Part shown: positions 35,916-44,973 of the stretch, one piece after another | Position numbering within the stretch: the stretch's first letter is position 1 | Layout of the letters: every line of letters starts with the position of its first letter | Assembly: GCA_045637805.1 (NCBI GenBank) | Contig: JAZUAE010000014.1 | Location: 64,651 to 128,650 of the forward strand | Direction: 5' to 3' | Origin: Clostridia bacterium | Lineage (GTDB): Bacteria > Bacillota > Clostridia > Christensenellales > UBA1242 | Length of the DNA stretch: 64,000 bases | Notes under the pieces: model-generated | The model's input: the letters and a program-made list of their open reading frames with translations, nothing else | Told to the model about the DNA's origin: nothing | Database searches by the model: none | Made by a program: the position numbers and the translations under genes

Positions 35916-36908
35916 ATGAAATATACTGAATTTATTTCAAGTTTAAAGACAGGGGTGGAGAACATATATCATATATATGGCAATGACTCATTTCTTTGTG
36001 AAAGAGCTTTAGATATGTTAAGGAAAAAATTAAACTTGCAATTTCCAGACTTAAATGAAGTAACTCTAAAAACTAATGTTACTGTTAACGAGATAATTGA
36101 ATCTTGCAGTGTTTTTCCATTTGCTGATGAATATAGGCTTGTAATAATTAAAGATTATCCAACTAAAAGTATCACAAAAGAGTGGTCTAAACAATTATAT
36201 AATTATTCAATGAATTTGTTGAAATCTACTGTACTTGTGTTCTATAATAACCTAGGTGAAAGTTTCCCTGAAATTTCTAGCAAAGTAATAGAGGTTAATT
36301 GTGATAGATTAGATAGTTATCAAATAGTTCATTTTATTGATGAGGAATTGAAAAAATCTAATAAATCTATGGATAAAGCTGCAAAGGATCAATTAATACT
36401 ATTTTGTGCGTCAGATATGAGTAGAATATTGAATGAACTTCAAAAACTTATAAGTTATGTTGGCGACAGGGATATTAATTGCAGTGATGTATCACAGCTT
36501 GTTGTTCAAGATAAAGAATATCAAATTTTTGAACTTTCTGAGCATATATCAAAAGGTGACAATGAAAAAGTAATGGATATTGTGACAACACTTGAAAATC
36601 AGAATAAGGCGGGATTTGGCATAATTACACCGCTTTATAACAACTATAGAAGAGCATTTTTTGTTTTAGTAAATCGTGATAAAAGTGATAAAGAATTGGC
36701 AACATTGTTGGGCGTAAAAGAGTATGCTATAAAAATGATGAGAACGCAAATTATGGCATTTACTCCTGTTAAACTTAAAAAGATTGTTGATTTGCTTGCG
36801 GGTGTTGACCGTGACATAAAACTTGGAAAAATCAAAGAAGATATTGCTATAAAAACAGTCGTTATTAATATACTAAAGATAAGAGGAAAAAATTTTGGAA
36901 CAAATTAA
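35916..36908 (+). CDS. holA: DNA polymerase III delta subunit
   Basis: 330 aa from ATG 35916 (GGAGGG SD). Sits directly after comEC and before rpsT, as in Bacillus. Has the delta-type three-domain length and a KEYQIFEL / IKLGK region. Confidence 0.7.
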   Translation: MKYTEFISSLKTGVENIYHIYGNDSFLCERALDMLRKKLNLQFPDLNEVTLKTNVTVNEIIESCSVFPFADEYRLVIIKDYPTKSITKEWSKQLYNYSMNLLKSTVLVFYNNLGESFPEISSKVIEVNCDRLDSYQIVHFIDEELKKSNKSMDKAAKDQLILFCASDMSRILNELQKLISYVGDRDINCSDVSQLVVQDKEYQIFELSEHISKGDNEKVMDIVTTLENQNKAGFGIITPLYNNYRRAFFVLVNRDKSDKELATLLGVKEYAIKMMRTQIMAFTPVKLKKIVDLLAGVDRDIKLGKIKEDIAIKTVVINILKIRGKNFGTN

Positions 36909-37461
36909 AATCATTACGCTATCAGATGCAATAGAAAAACAAAACAAAAGTATATGGCATAAAATTGTACCTATATTATTATTTTTGTCTTTTATGTTTG
37001 TAAATATATATTCTGCAATTATGATGAACAATGCGTTAGCTTATTCAATGCCGGGCAATGGCATGAGTAATATTTTTAGCTATGTATTAGTTTATGGATT
37101 AATGGAGTACATTGTATACAGGTTGTTTTTTTGGTTATATACTTTAATTTTAAATCATTCAATTTATGCAATGTGTATACCTTATGTGGTATTCAAAGAT
37201 CAATTTCAAACATGCTTTTTAATAAAAAATATTTTGCTTGGCATTGTTGGTTTATTGTTATTAAATATTCCATATACATTGACATATATTTCAGTTTTAG
37301 GTCTTATTGTAAATTTGTCAATCATTCCTATTATTTTTAAATTAAACAAAAACACATTTATTCCAAAGCTTGTAGCACATAATGTTTTTAGAGCATACGC
37401 CTTGCCATACTTTTTGTATTTTGTGTTAGATGTTGTATCTTTTGTAGTGGGGGTGGCGTAA
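36895..37461 (+). CDS. Hypothetical polytopic membrane protein (188 aa)
   Basis: TTG start overlapping the holA end. Five predicted hydrophobic helices; no family recognised. Confidence 0.4.
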   Translation: MEQIKIITLSDAIEKQNKSIWHKIVPILLFLSFMFVNIYSAIMMNNALAYSMPGNGMSNIFSYVLVYGLMEYIVYRLFFWLYTLILNHSIYAMCIPYVVFKDQFQTCFLIKNILLGIVGLLLLNIPYTLTYISVLGLIVNLSIIPIIFKLNKNTFIPKLVAHNVFRAYALPYFLYFVLDVVSFVVGVA

Positions 37462-38750
37462 TGAAAAAGTTTATATGCGTTATTTCTGCTATTATATTAG
37501 CACTTGGATTATTTTCAGGTATAACAAAAAAAGATACTTTTGTAAATGCTGCAGGTGATATTGTTCAAACAAAGATAGAATCTTATTTAAGCACGTTTAT
37601 GTGTTTAAACAATGAGGTAGAAAAAGCTAAGATTCAAGATAGAAGGGCTGGAACATTAGGTGAAAGGCAAGCCGCTGCAAATTTATATAATTTAATTATG
37701 TTAAACTCTCAATTTTTAAATTTTGAGCCAGTAAATGATGGCTCAACAACAAATGGAGTGCAAAACTTTCAGTTCACAAGTAGTTATTCAGGATTGTCTG
37801 CAACATCTCAAAACTTGAGATTTGTTAAGAAAAGCTCAGTGTCTGAAGGTAAGAAGGTTATAATTTCTACAGGTTATGATAACACACCATATTATGATAG
37901 TGAAAATGATGTTTACAATGATAATGTTAGTAGTGCTGGAAATGTTGCGGTTTTATTGTATTTAACAGAGTATTTAAGTGGTTTAACTGAAGAATTATTG
38001 TTTGACGTTGAAATTGTATTCTTTGGTGCGTCTCAAAGCAACCTTGCAGGCGCGTATGCATATACAGATAATATGACAAAGAAGGAAATAGAGAATACGG
38101 TGCTATTTATTAATCTAGATCAAATAACGCTTGGTCAGAACTTGTATATGTATGTTAATGAGTTTAACACAGCTCAAGAAGATTATATTTCAGATGTGTT
38201 TAAGGGGTCAGATGTGTGTTTTTCTGCGTTTAATCCAAAAACAACATTAAATTCAGTGTATTCTGGTGTTTATGATTATAGCCACAGAGGACTCGAGGGT
38301 AACAATGTTGCCTTTATGGAAAAGAATATTACATCACTCAATGTATTTAGTGGTTACTATGAGAAGATGGGAATTCGCACGGAGTATGAAGGCTCTAAAA
38401 CGTTAATCGGAACAAGCAAAGACAATTATGCTTATGCTGAATATACTTATGGATTCGACAATCTTGGAAAAGTTGCACAAGCTGTTTCAGGATTGATAGT
38501 ATCTGATTCTTTATTATATAACATGACAAAAAATAAACCAAGTTCTGCATTCCAAGAATTTTGGACAAATGATAAGTATCCTATAATGTTTATGATTATT
38601 ATTGCTTTTGTGTTTGGTTTAATATATGTATTTTTATATTACGGAAACAAAAAGAAAGCGGAAACGATAATTAAGCAAAAAGGTGTAAGTGGCATTTTGC
38701 AAGATATAAGCAGGATAGAAAAAGAAATTGATAAAAAGAATAGGGAATAA
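37461..38750 (+). CDS. Secreted, C-terminally anchored M28-peptidase-like protein
   Basis: Signal peptide, RRAGTLGERQAAANLYN (typical M28 N-terminal block), GNVAVLLYLTEYL at the position of the DNASG motif (apparently degenerate) and a C-terminal TM helix. Confidence 0.45.
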   Translation: MKKFICVISAIILALGLFSGITKKDTFVNAAGDIVQTKIESYLSTFMCLNNEVEKAKIQDRRAGTLGERQAAANLYNLIMLNSQFLNFEPVNDGSTTNGVQNFQFTSSYSGLSATSQNLRFVKKSSVSEGKKVIISTGYDNTPYYDSENDVYNDNVSSAGNVAVLLYLTEYLSGLTEELLFDVEIVFFGASQSNLAGAYAYTDNMTKKEIENTVLFINLDQITLGQNLYMYVNEFNTAQEDYISDVFKGSDVCFSAFNPKTTLNSVYSGVYDYSHRGLEGNNVAFMEKNITSLNVFSGYYEKMGIRTEYEGSKTLIGTSKDNYAYAEYTYGFDNLGKVAQAVSGLIVSDSLLYNMTKNKPSSAFQEFWTNDKYPIMFMIIIAFVFGLIYVFLYYGNKKKAETIIKQKGVSGILQDISRIEKEIDKKNRE

Positions 38751-38780
38751 AAAAAATGAGCGAATGTTCGCTCATTTTTA
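38751..38780. terminator. Bidirectional terminator between convergent genes
   Basis: ATGAGCGA ATGT TCGCTCAT hairpin flanked by A- and T-runs. Confidence 0.55.
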
Positions 38781-38787
38781 TTTGTCA

Positions 38788-39126
38788 TTATTCTGCTTTT
38801 TTAGTTGCAGCCTTTTTTGCTGATGTTTTTTTAGCAGGAACTTCTTCGCTAACTTCAGTTTTAGATTGAAGTTTTACAAGCTTTGTAGAAAGTTTTGCTT
38901 TCATATCATCGGCACGGTTCTTATGTATAATCTTCTTAGTAACGTTAGCGTCAATAATTGCAAAAGTTTTTGGAAGTAAAGCTGTTGCTTCTTCAACTTT
39001 CTTTGCAGCAATTAAAGCGTTGAACTTTTTAACTTCAGTTTTAAGTTCATTTCTATCGCTTTTGTTTCTAAGTGTGTTGCGTTTTGTAACATCTACTCTC
39101 TTCTTTGCTGATTTAATGATTGGCAT
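38788..39126 (-). CDS. rpsT: 30S ribosomal protein S20 with a Lys/Ala-rich C-terminal extension
   Basis: MPIIKSAKKRVDVTKRNTLRNKSDRNELKT is the S20 N-terminus. At 112 aa it is longer than the usual ~88 aa because of the tail ...VPAKKTSAKKAATKKAE. Confidence 0.9.
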   Translation of the reverse strand: MPIIKSAKKRVDVTKRNTLRNKSDRNELKTEVKKFNALIAAKKVEEATALLPKTFAIIDANVTKKIIHKNRADDMKAKLSTKLVKLQSKTEVSEEVPAKKTSAKKAATKKAE

Positions 39127-39215
39127 AATATTTCTCCTTAATGTAAATTACAAGGCAAATTTTAACACAAAGCATTTGTTTTTGCAAGTGTTTATACTAA
39201 AAATATAATAAAAAA

Positions 39216-39950
39216 TTATTTAGAAAGTAGGTATTTGTAATATTTAATATAGGCATTTTGAGTTTTTTGATTTCTAGACGAGGTTAAAATTATTGTATTT
39301 CCAGTTCCGATAGGGGAATTGTTTAAAACTAAACGTATTTGTTTAGACACTCCGTCAATACTATCAAAAATGGGCAGTTTAAGCACTTTTAATTTTTCTA
39401 CAATAAAATTGTAGTGTGTACAACCAAGAACGATGGCGTCTGCGTTTTTATCCTTAATTTTGGATAGTATTTGGTCTAGGTTGATATCTTTGTTTTGTTG
39501 CAATGAATTTTCTATTAAAGTGGCTAAATTATTGCAAGAAATAGTAAAACAACTATCATTAGTTAATTTTTGATATCTAATAGTTTTTTCGGTAGATGGA
39601 GTTACAAGAATAGCAATTTTTTTATAATTTAAAGATGATGGTGATTTTATATTTGGTTCAGTTCCTATTATTGGTATAGTTGTTTTTTTACGCAATGAGT
39701 TTATTGCTGACGCTGTTGCCGTGTTGCAAGCTAAAACTAAACAAACGATATTATAACAGTTTTGAAACCTATTAAGGATTGATAATATATAGTTTTCAAT
39801 CTCTTGTGGTGATTTGTTACCGTAGGGGATATTTTTATCATCTGCAATATAAAGGAAGTTTGCTTTAGGGCAAAACTTTCTACTTTTTGCTAATATGTGC
39901 AGTCCACCGAGACCGCTATCTATAAATAAACAATAAGATTTTTTCTTCAT
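39216..39950 (-). CDS. murI: Glutamate racemase
   Basis: FIDSGLGGL, LACNTATA and LGCTHY, the two catalytic Cys motifs. Confidence 0.85.
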   Translation of the reverse strand: MKKKSYCLFIDSGLGGLHILAKSRKFCPKANFLYIADDKNIPYGNKSPQEIENYILSILNRFQNCYNIVCLVLACNTATASAINSLRKKTTIPIIGTEPNIKSPSSLNYKKIAILVTPSTEKTIRYQKLTNDSCFTISCNNLATLIENSLQQNKDINLDQILSKIKDKNADAIVLGCTHYNFIVEKLKVLKLPIFDSIDGVSKQIRLVLNNSPIGTGNTIILTSSRNQKTQNAYIKYYKYLLSK

Positions 39951-39982
39951 AGTTCATTCTATGAGGAAATTCTAAAAAATGA

Positions 39983-40013
39983 TAAAAAATAAAAGCACTA
40001 TATACGTGCTTTT
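39983..40013 (-). terminator. Intrinsic terminator after the surface protein gene
   Basis: AAAAGCAC / GTGCTTTT stem with a 7-nt loop, followed on the reverse strand by a T-run. Confidence 0.5.
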
Positions 40014-40017
40014 ATTT

Positions 40018-41628
40018 TTATCTAACCTTAACTTTTCGTCTAGTAAAGAATATGAATAATGATAATATTGCGAGTGTTGCAGCACCAACAGCGATCAAAG
40101 CGATGGTTGCGGCATTCATCTTTGTATTGATTTTAAATGAACGAGTTACAACATTTCCCATTTCATCAGTGATTTTAACATAGTAAGTGCCTGCTGAATT
40201 GAAAGTAATTTTACCATCGTTTTGTCTATATTCAGGGGTGAGTTGTGAGCCATTAAATATTGTCTCAACTTTGATAGTTCCAGCACCATTAACTGTGAGA
40301 GTTACGTTGTCAGTAGTTGCAGCGTTATTTTCTATACCTGAGATTGAAGCTCTAGCATCAACGACTTGAATTATTGCTGTTGAGGTGTGAGATCCAAATA
40401 TATAATTGCCATCTGAAATATAGTATCTGTTTCTAACTAAACCCGATATATCTTTATCTTCAATTCGGTTAATATTAGATGAGGTATAAATTGTGCCATT
40501 TATAATCTCACCACTTTGTTGTATATCTTTAAAGATGTAAAATTTTGTGGTATAACAATCTATTATATTGTTGTCTTTTTGTAAACTAACAGTGTAATCA
40601 CCATGTTCAGTCAAAACGATTTTATTATCAAGATCTTCTAAATCATTAATCGAGTAATAAGTTTGTTGATTATAGTGATTAGATCCTTCATTAAACGATT
40701 TTGTAATAACAAGTTGGTCAAATAATTGTTTAATAGGATAGGTTAAATTGTTGAGAGATATTGTTATTGATTCATTCACGTATTCATAAGAGGTGACTGC
40801 GTCATGGCCGTTATGAAATGTTCCAGTGGATAAAATGTCACCCGACTCTGTTGTAATGCTTAAGTAAAATTTTGAAAGACCAACGTAAAATTTTTCTTGC
40901 GAGTCTTCGTCTGGATTGATATTGAATGAATATTTTAAATAATTTGCTTTTGAGGAGCCTGTAAAATATGAGCCATCAAAAATTTCTATTGTATATGGAC
41001 CAGCTGCTATTAGTGGTAATACATTGTCGGTTAAAGTGAATTCTGAGTCGTTTGATTTAAAATTTGTTCCATTGTATACTATATCGAATTTTTGTCCATT
41101 ATAGTTCATATTTATGTAGAGTGGGGATTCTACGCTTGCAATGTCATCATTAAATTTTATATTCATATTGTTATATGAAGAGTTGTGTACTGGTGAATAC
41201 ATATTGTTCCAAGAAGCAACACTTGCGCTGTTAAAGTTTATTTTTGTTTGAACAATGTATATAGTTTTAAAGGATATAGTTAATGCAATGCGTTCTCCAT
41301 TTCCAGTATATTCTATATATGTGTAATTACCACCTGATATATTGTTTGTTACGCCATTATATTTATATGTAACTGTAGTAATTGATGTGTTTGTTAGTGT
41401 TAAATTTGAGTTAATATAGAGAGTATTGTTTTTTAAATCTGTTGTTGAATAAACATATCCATTGCTTGAAAGGATAACATTATCAAAAATGACAGTTGAT
41501 TGAGTGGTTTCACTCTCTTCAGCATAAGTTTTTTTAGTAATGCTTTGCATAGGTATAAATGCTGATGCATAAACGCATAAGCAGATAAAAGATATAACAA
41601 CTAAAAACTTAGAAAATTTCTTTTTCAT
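40018..41628 (-). CDS. Surface protein with signal peptide and C-terminal TM anchor (536 aa), first gene of the T4SS-like locus on this side
   Basis: From ATG 41628: MKKKFSKFLVVISFICLCVYASAFIP signal peptide. Asn/Thr/Tyr/Ser-rich, beta-type sequence. C-terminus AATIALIAVGAATLAILSLFIFFTRRKVKVR has no LPXTG. Confidence 0.6.
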   Translation of the reverse strand: MKKKFSKFLVVISFICLCVYASAFIPMQSITKKTYAEESETTQSTVIFDNVILSSNGYVYSTTDLKNNTLYINSNLTLTNTSITTVTYKYNGVTNNISGGNYTYIEYTGNGERIALTISFKTIYIVQTKINFNSASVASWNNMYSPVHNSSYNNMNIKFNDDIASVESPLYINMNYNGQKFDIVYNGTNFKSNDSEFTLTDNVLPLIAAGPYTIEIFDGSYFTGSSKANYLKYSFNINPDEDSQEKFYVGLSKFYLSITTESGDILSTGTFHNGHDAVTSYEYVNESITISLNNLTYPIKQLFDQLVITKSFNEGSNHYNQQTYYSINDLEDLDNKIVLTEHGDYTVSLQKDNNIIDCYTTKFYIFKDIQQSGEIINGTIYTSSNINRIEDKDISGLVRNRYYISDGNYIFGSHTSTAIIQVVDARASISGIENNAATTDNVTLTVNGAGTIKVETIFNGSQLTPEYRQNDGKITFNSAGTYYVKITDEMGNVVTRSFKINTKMNAATIALIAVGAATLAILSLFIFFTRRKVKVR

Positions 41629-41741
41629 ATTTTTTTCCTTACAATGTATTTTAACATAAAAAATTTTTACACGCAAATGAATATAGGCTTATTATTATAT
41701 AATTATTATTAAACATTTTATATTTATACTCGAATTGATGC

Positions 41742-41767
41742 AACAAAAATACGCCAAACGGCGTATT
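41742..41767 (-). terminator. Hairpin immediately after the coupling protein stop codon
   Basis: AATACGCC AAAC GGCGTATT hairpin followed on the reverse strand by TTTTTG. Confidence 0.5.
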
Positions 41768-41768
41768 T

Positions 41769-43739
41769 TTATTCATCATAATTTAATACAATGTTATTGC
41801 GTTTTCTAATGTCGTAGAAAACTCTTTCTTCATTCAAGCGTTGGCCAGGAATGAAAGGCGTTTCTATACAACCTATCTTATATATGTTTGTACATTTAAA
41901 GTATGGAGTAATTGTTGTTTTGATAGGGAATTTTTGGAATATTTTTGTATAGTTATCGCCGAGTGGTATTTTATCAAGGTCTGAAGGGTAAACAAGTGGA
42001 ACTTGTTGTAAGCTAGTTGTTGTGCCTGATGAGTTGCCACTTTTGTCCTTGCCTTTACTTTCGTTGCTAGATGTAACTTCGATTGTGTATTGACCGAGCT
42101 CCTCAGAGAATTGTTTTCTTGTGTCAAGGTCAGGAGTACCCATATAAATAGTACATTTGCATTGACCACGAACGATAGATGCTACATCTTTTCCGTAGAC
42201 TGTATCAAGCTGAGAATATGATTGTATTGCCATATTTAAATATATCCATCTTGAACGAGCAACGGTTATAAGTTTGTCTAAATTTTGAAGTTTTGGCAAG
42301 TTGGCAAACTCGTCAAGCAAATATACCATAGGGCGTTTTAAATGAGCCATGTGGTCACTTGTAATCTTTTCATTCTTACGAGCCTTGTCAACGAGTTCTT
42401 TATATGCTTGGTTAATACAAAGAGATGCTAAGCTATATCTTGTAATCTTTTCATCAGGTATTTTAATAAAGAATGCTGTAGGCTTTTCGTCCATTTCTGA
42501 AAATTTGATATCGTTTTTGCTTGTTAAGTAACAAATGGCGTTATCTGAGAACATCGAAAGCATTGTTGAAAGTGACGACATATAACCATCTCTAGTTTGT
42601 TTTGCATTAGTTTGTGTAATATTCGCAGAAAGTTGGCGAGTAGGAGATAATGGGCTTCTACCATTAAAGTATTGTTTAACAACCTCAAAGTCATCTTCTT
42701 TATTCATTGCAATTTTATATGCGTTATAGAAATTGTATTTTTCACGGGTCATTCCAAGAGCTTCGTTATCACTATCTTCAAGCATGGCAATAAGCACAGC
42801 ATGGAAATAGTCCTGAGCACCTTGTTCCCATGAACGTGATTGACCATCTGATACAGGACAGATAGCTGTACAAATATCAGTAATATCGTCAAGGCAGCCA
42901 TCGCGAATTTTTGTTTTGTTTACCTCAACTTCGTTTAATGCGTCGCGAAGGGAAGAGAATGCTTTGCCATCAAATTCGTACCATTCGCTATTGTCTACTT
43001 GTCCAACAATGATAAAATCATAGTTTGAAACAGGGTCGTTTGTGTGTTTTAATATCTCGGTTTCAAGGTTTCTTGCTCTTTGCCATCTATCATAAATAGG
43101 TTCTAATGGGTTCCAGTGTTTACTATTATAAGGATCGGCGAGGTCGAGCAGTACAATTTCATAACCACTATCTTTTAATTTTTGGCTATGATGAGCATAA
43201 AGTTCACCCTTTGTGTCTGTTACAAAGAATGAAGGTTTGTTTTTTTGTTCTGATAATATTTGGAGTGATGGTTCAATGAAAGAAACTGTTTTACCTGTAC
43301 CAGTAGCACCGACAATCAAGCAGTGGGAACCGCCAGGTACAAATCTTACTTTAATTTTTCCATTTTTAAGAATTGCACTGAATGGGACAGAACCTACAAG
43401 TGAAAGGTTTTTAACCTCATCAAAGTAAGCACTAACGAATTCTTTATCCATTTCTTTTTCGGTCATAAAGCGTTGATTTTCCATTTTTTCTTTACCCTTA
43501 AGCTTGCTGCTTTTTTTAGGGCTATATGTTGCGACAAGTAGTATAAAAGAAACTGCAAACACAATCATTGCGTAAGTTAAGCTATTTTTTGTAAATAAAT
43601 TTTCTATTACAAGTGTAATAGTAATACTTTCGCCTGATAAAAGAACTGCAAGAAAGCCGCCTAAAACCAAACTGCATAGGATGGCGATTATGCCATAAAT
43701 TAAATATTTTACAAATTTGTTTGATGTCTTTTCACCCAT
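41769..43739 (-). CDS. Type IV secretion coupling protein (VirD4/TraG family ATPase)
   Basis: Two N-terminal TM helices, Walker A LIVGATGTGKT, FFVTDTKGELY, Walker B VYLLDEFANLPKL, then ARSRWIYLNMAIQSYSQLDTVYG, which matches the conserved T4CP block. Confidence 0.85.
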   Translation of the reverse strand: MGEKTSNKFVKYLIYGIIAILCSLVLGGFLAVLLSGESITITLVIENLFTKNSLTYAMIVFAVSFILLVATYSPKKSSKLKGKEKMENQRFMTEKEMDKEFVSAYFDEVKNLSLVGSVPFSAILKNGKIKVRFVPGGSHCLIVGATGTGKTVSFIEPSLQILSEQKNKPSFFVTDTKGELYAHHSQKLKDSGYEIVLLDLADPYNSKHWNPLEPIYDRWQRARNLETEILKHTNDPVSNYDFIIVGQVDNSEWYEFDGKAFSSLRDALNEVEVNKTKIRDGCLDDITDICTAICPVSDGQSRSWEQGAQDYFHAVLIAMLEDSDNEALGMTREKYNFYNAYKIAMNKEDDFEVVKQYFNGRSPLSPTRQLSANITQTNAKQTRDGYMSSLSTMLSMFSDNAICYLTSKNDIKFSEMDEKPTAFFIKIPDEKITRYSLASLCINQAYKELVDKARKNEKITSDHMAHLKRPMVYLLDEFANLPKLQNLDKLITVARSRWIYLNMAIQSYSQLDTVYGKDVASIVRGQCKCTIYMGTPDLDTRKQFSEELGQYTIEVTSSNESKGKDKSGNSSGTTTSLQQVPLVYPSDLDKIPLGDNYTKIFQKFPIKTTITPYFKCTNIYKIGCIETPFIPGQRLNEERVFYDIRKRNNIVLNYDE

Positions 43740-43763
43740 AATTTTACCTCTAATATAATGATA

Positions 43764-43792
43764 ATTATATCAAATAAAATAGATATTAGCAA
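43764..43792 (-). promoter_or_regulatory. Promoter for the coupling protein gene
   Basis: The reverse strand reads TTGCTA, 17 nt, then TGaTATAAT. Confidence 0.5.
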
Positions 43793-43838
43793 ATAAAACA
43801 TTGCCAAAAATGAAAAAAATAAAAAGACATAAATTTAG

Positions 43839-43867
43839 TTGCTTAAAATTTTTAGATATGATATTAT
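43839..43867 (+). promoter_or_regulatory. Promoter for the small-TM / giant-gene transcription unit
   Basis: TTGCTT, 17 nt, then TATTAT; divergent from the promoter at 43764-43792. Confidence 0.45.
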
Positions 43868-43889
43868 CCTTTTAATAAAGGAGAAAAAT

Positions 43890-44168
43890 ATGACATTTCT
43901 AAATTTGATTTGTGGTGGTGAAGCGGTTGTAAATCCATTATATGATGCCATAACGACAATAGGTCCTATAATGATGAGTATAGTTGCACTTCTTGGTGTA
44001 ATATATGGAATTATTCTTGGTACAAAGTATGCTCAAGCTTCAAAGTCGGAAGAAAAGGCTGCTCTTCAAAAGGCACTTATTAATGGTATAATTGGTTTTG
44101 TTGTTATTTTTGTACTGATAGTGATTTTATATACTATTCGCGAACCTCTTGTTGTGTGGATGGGTTAA
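43890..44168 (+). CDS. Small two-TM membrane protein (92 aa), T4SS-associated; VirB2/TrbC- or ConC-like by architecture only
   Basis: ATG 43890 follows AAGGAG. Two long hydrophobic helices are separated by the charged loop KYAQASKSEEKAALQKA. Paralogous to 44284-44610. Confidence 0.6.
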   Translation: MTFLNLICGGEAVVNPLYDAITTIGPIMMSIVALLGVIYGIILGTKYAQASKSEEKAALQKALINGIIGFVVIFVLIVILYTIREPLVVWMG

Positions 44169-44283
44169 AAATTTTAAAAATATTACAAAAATCGTTTGGA
44201 GATTTTTGTTCGATTGTGTTATTATGAGTCTAGTAGAAATAATGCTTTGAAAAAAGTGTTAAATATAAATGGAGGGGAAAGAT

Positions 44284-44610
44284 ATGTTATTTAAGTTCGC
44301 TCAAATGGTAATGGGTGCTGCTGATAGTTCATCAAATGTATCATCACTTGTAAACTCAGCTTATAGTAAATTTAAAGAAATTTTCAATATTATATTACCT
44401 ATCGTACTTAGTGTTGTAGCACTTCTTGGTGTTATCTTCGGTATCAAGCTTGGTGTAACTTTTGCTAAAGCTGAAGATTCATCAGCTAGAGACGAAGCTA
44501 AAAAACAACTTGTTAACTTTGTTATCGGTATTGCGGTTGCTTTAGTTATCGGTCTTGTATTGCTTACACTTGTTGGAACAGATGCATTAAAGAATCTTTT
44601 CAAAGCTTAA
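44284..44610 (+). CDS. Small two-TM membrane protein (108 aa), paralogue of 43890-44168
   Basis: ATG 44284 follows GGAGGGG. Shares VALLGVIxGIxLGxxxAxA...A...L.N..IG..V with the upstream gene. Confidence 0.6.
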   Translation: MLFKFAQMVMGAADSSSNVSSLVNSAYSKFKEIFNIILPIVLSVVALLGVIFGIKLGVTFAKAEDSSARDEAKKQLVNFVIGIAVALVIGLVLLTLVGTDALKNLFKA

Positions 44611-44625
44611 TAAAGTGTAAAAAAT

Positions 44626-44649
44626 CCGCCTCGAAAGAGGTGGTTTTTT
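44626..44649 (+). terminator. Intrinsic terminator (GAAA tetraloop) after the second small-TM gene
   Basis: CCGCCTC GAAA GAGGTGG (one G-U pair) followed by TTTTTT. Confidence 0.6.
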
Positions 44650-44973
44650 ATTGCTTAAAAATTAAACAATTTTGTATAAATTTTGCAAAAAAACAATATA
44701 AATATACAATTTAACAAAAAAATATTGAATAGGATAAAACGATTATTGAAAGGGTGTTTTTTGTATAGTTTTGGATATGTAATTTGTTATAAAAAAATTA
44801 ATTTTTTTTGAAAAAAACGTGCTTTTTGTTTGGTGAAAAATATTTATTATGTTAATATATATTTATATATTAAATTAAAAGGGCGTATTTTGTCTAATTA
44901 ACGAATGTTGTGTAAATTAAATTAAATAATACAAATACTACTTACAAAGCGAAGAAGTAAAAGGGGAAAACAA

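Noticed and set aside
44611-44973. Calling the long AT-rich spacer an origin of transfer
   Set aside because: There is no relaxase gene in the window, no strong inverted repeat and no recognisable nic-site consensus. I kept it only as a low-interest observation.
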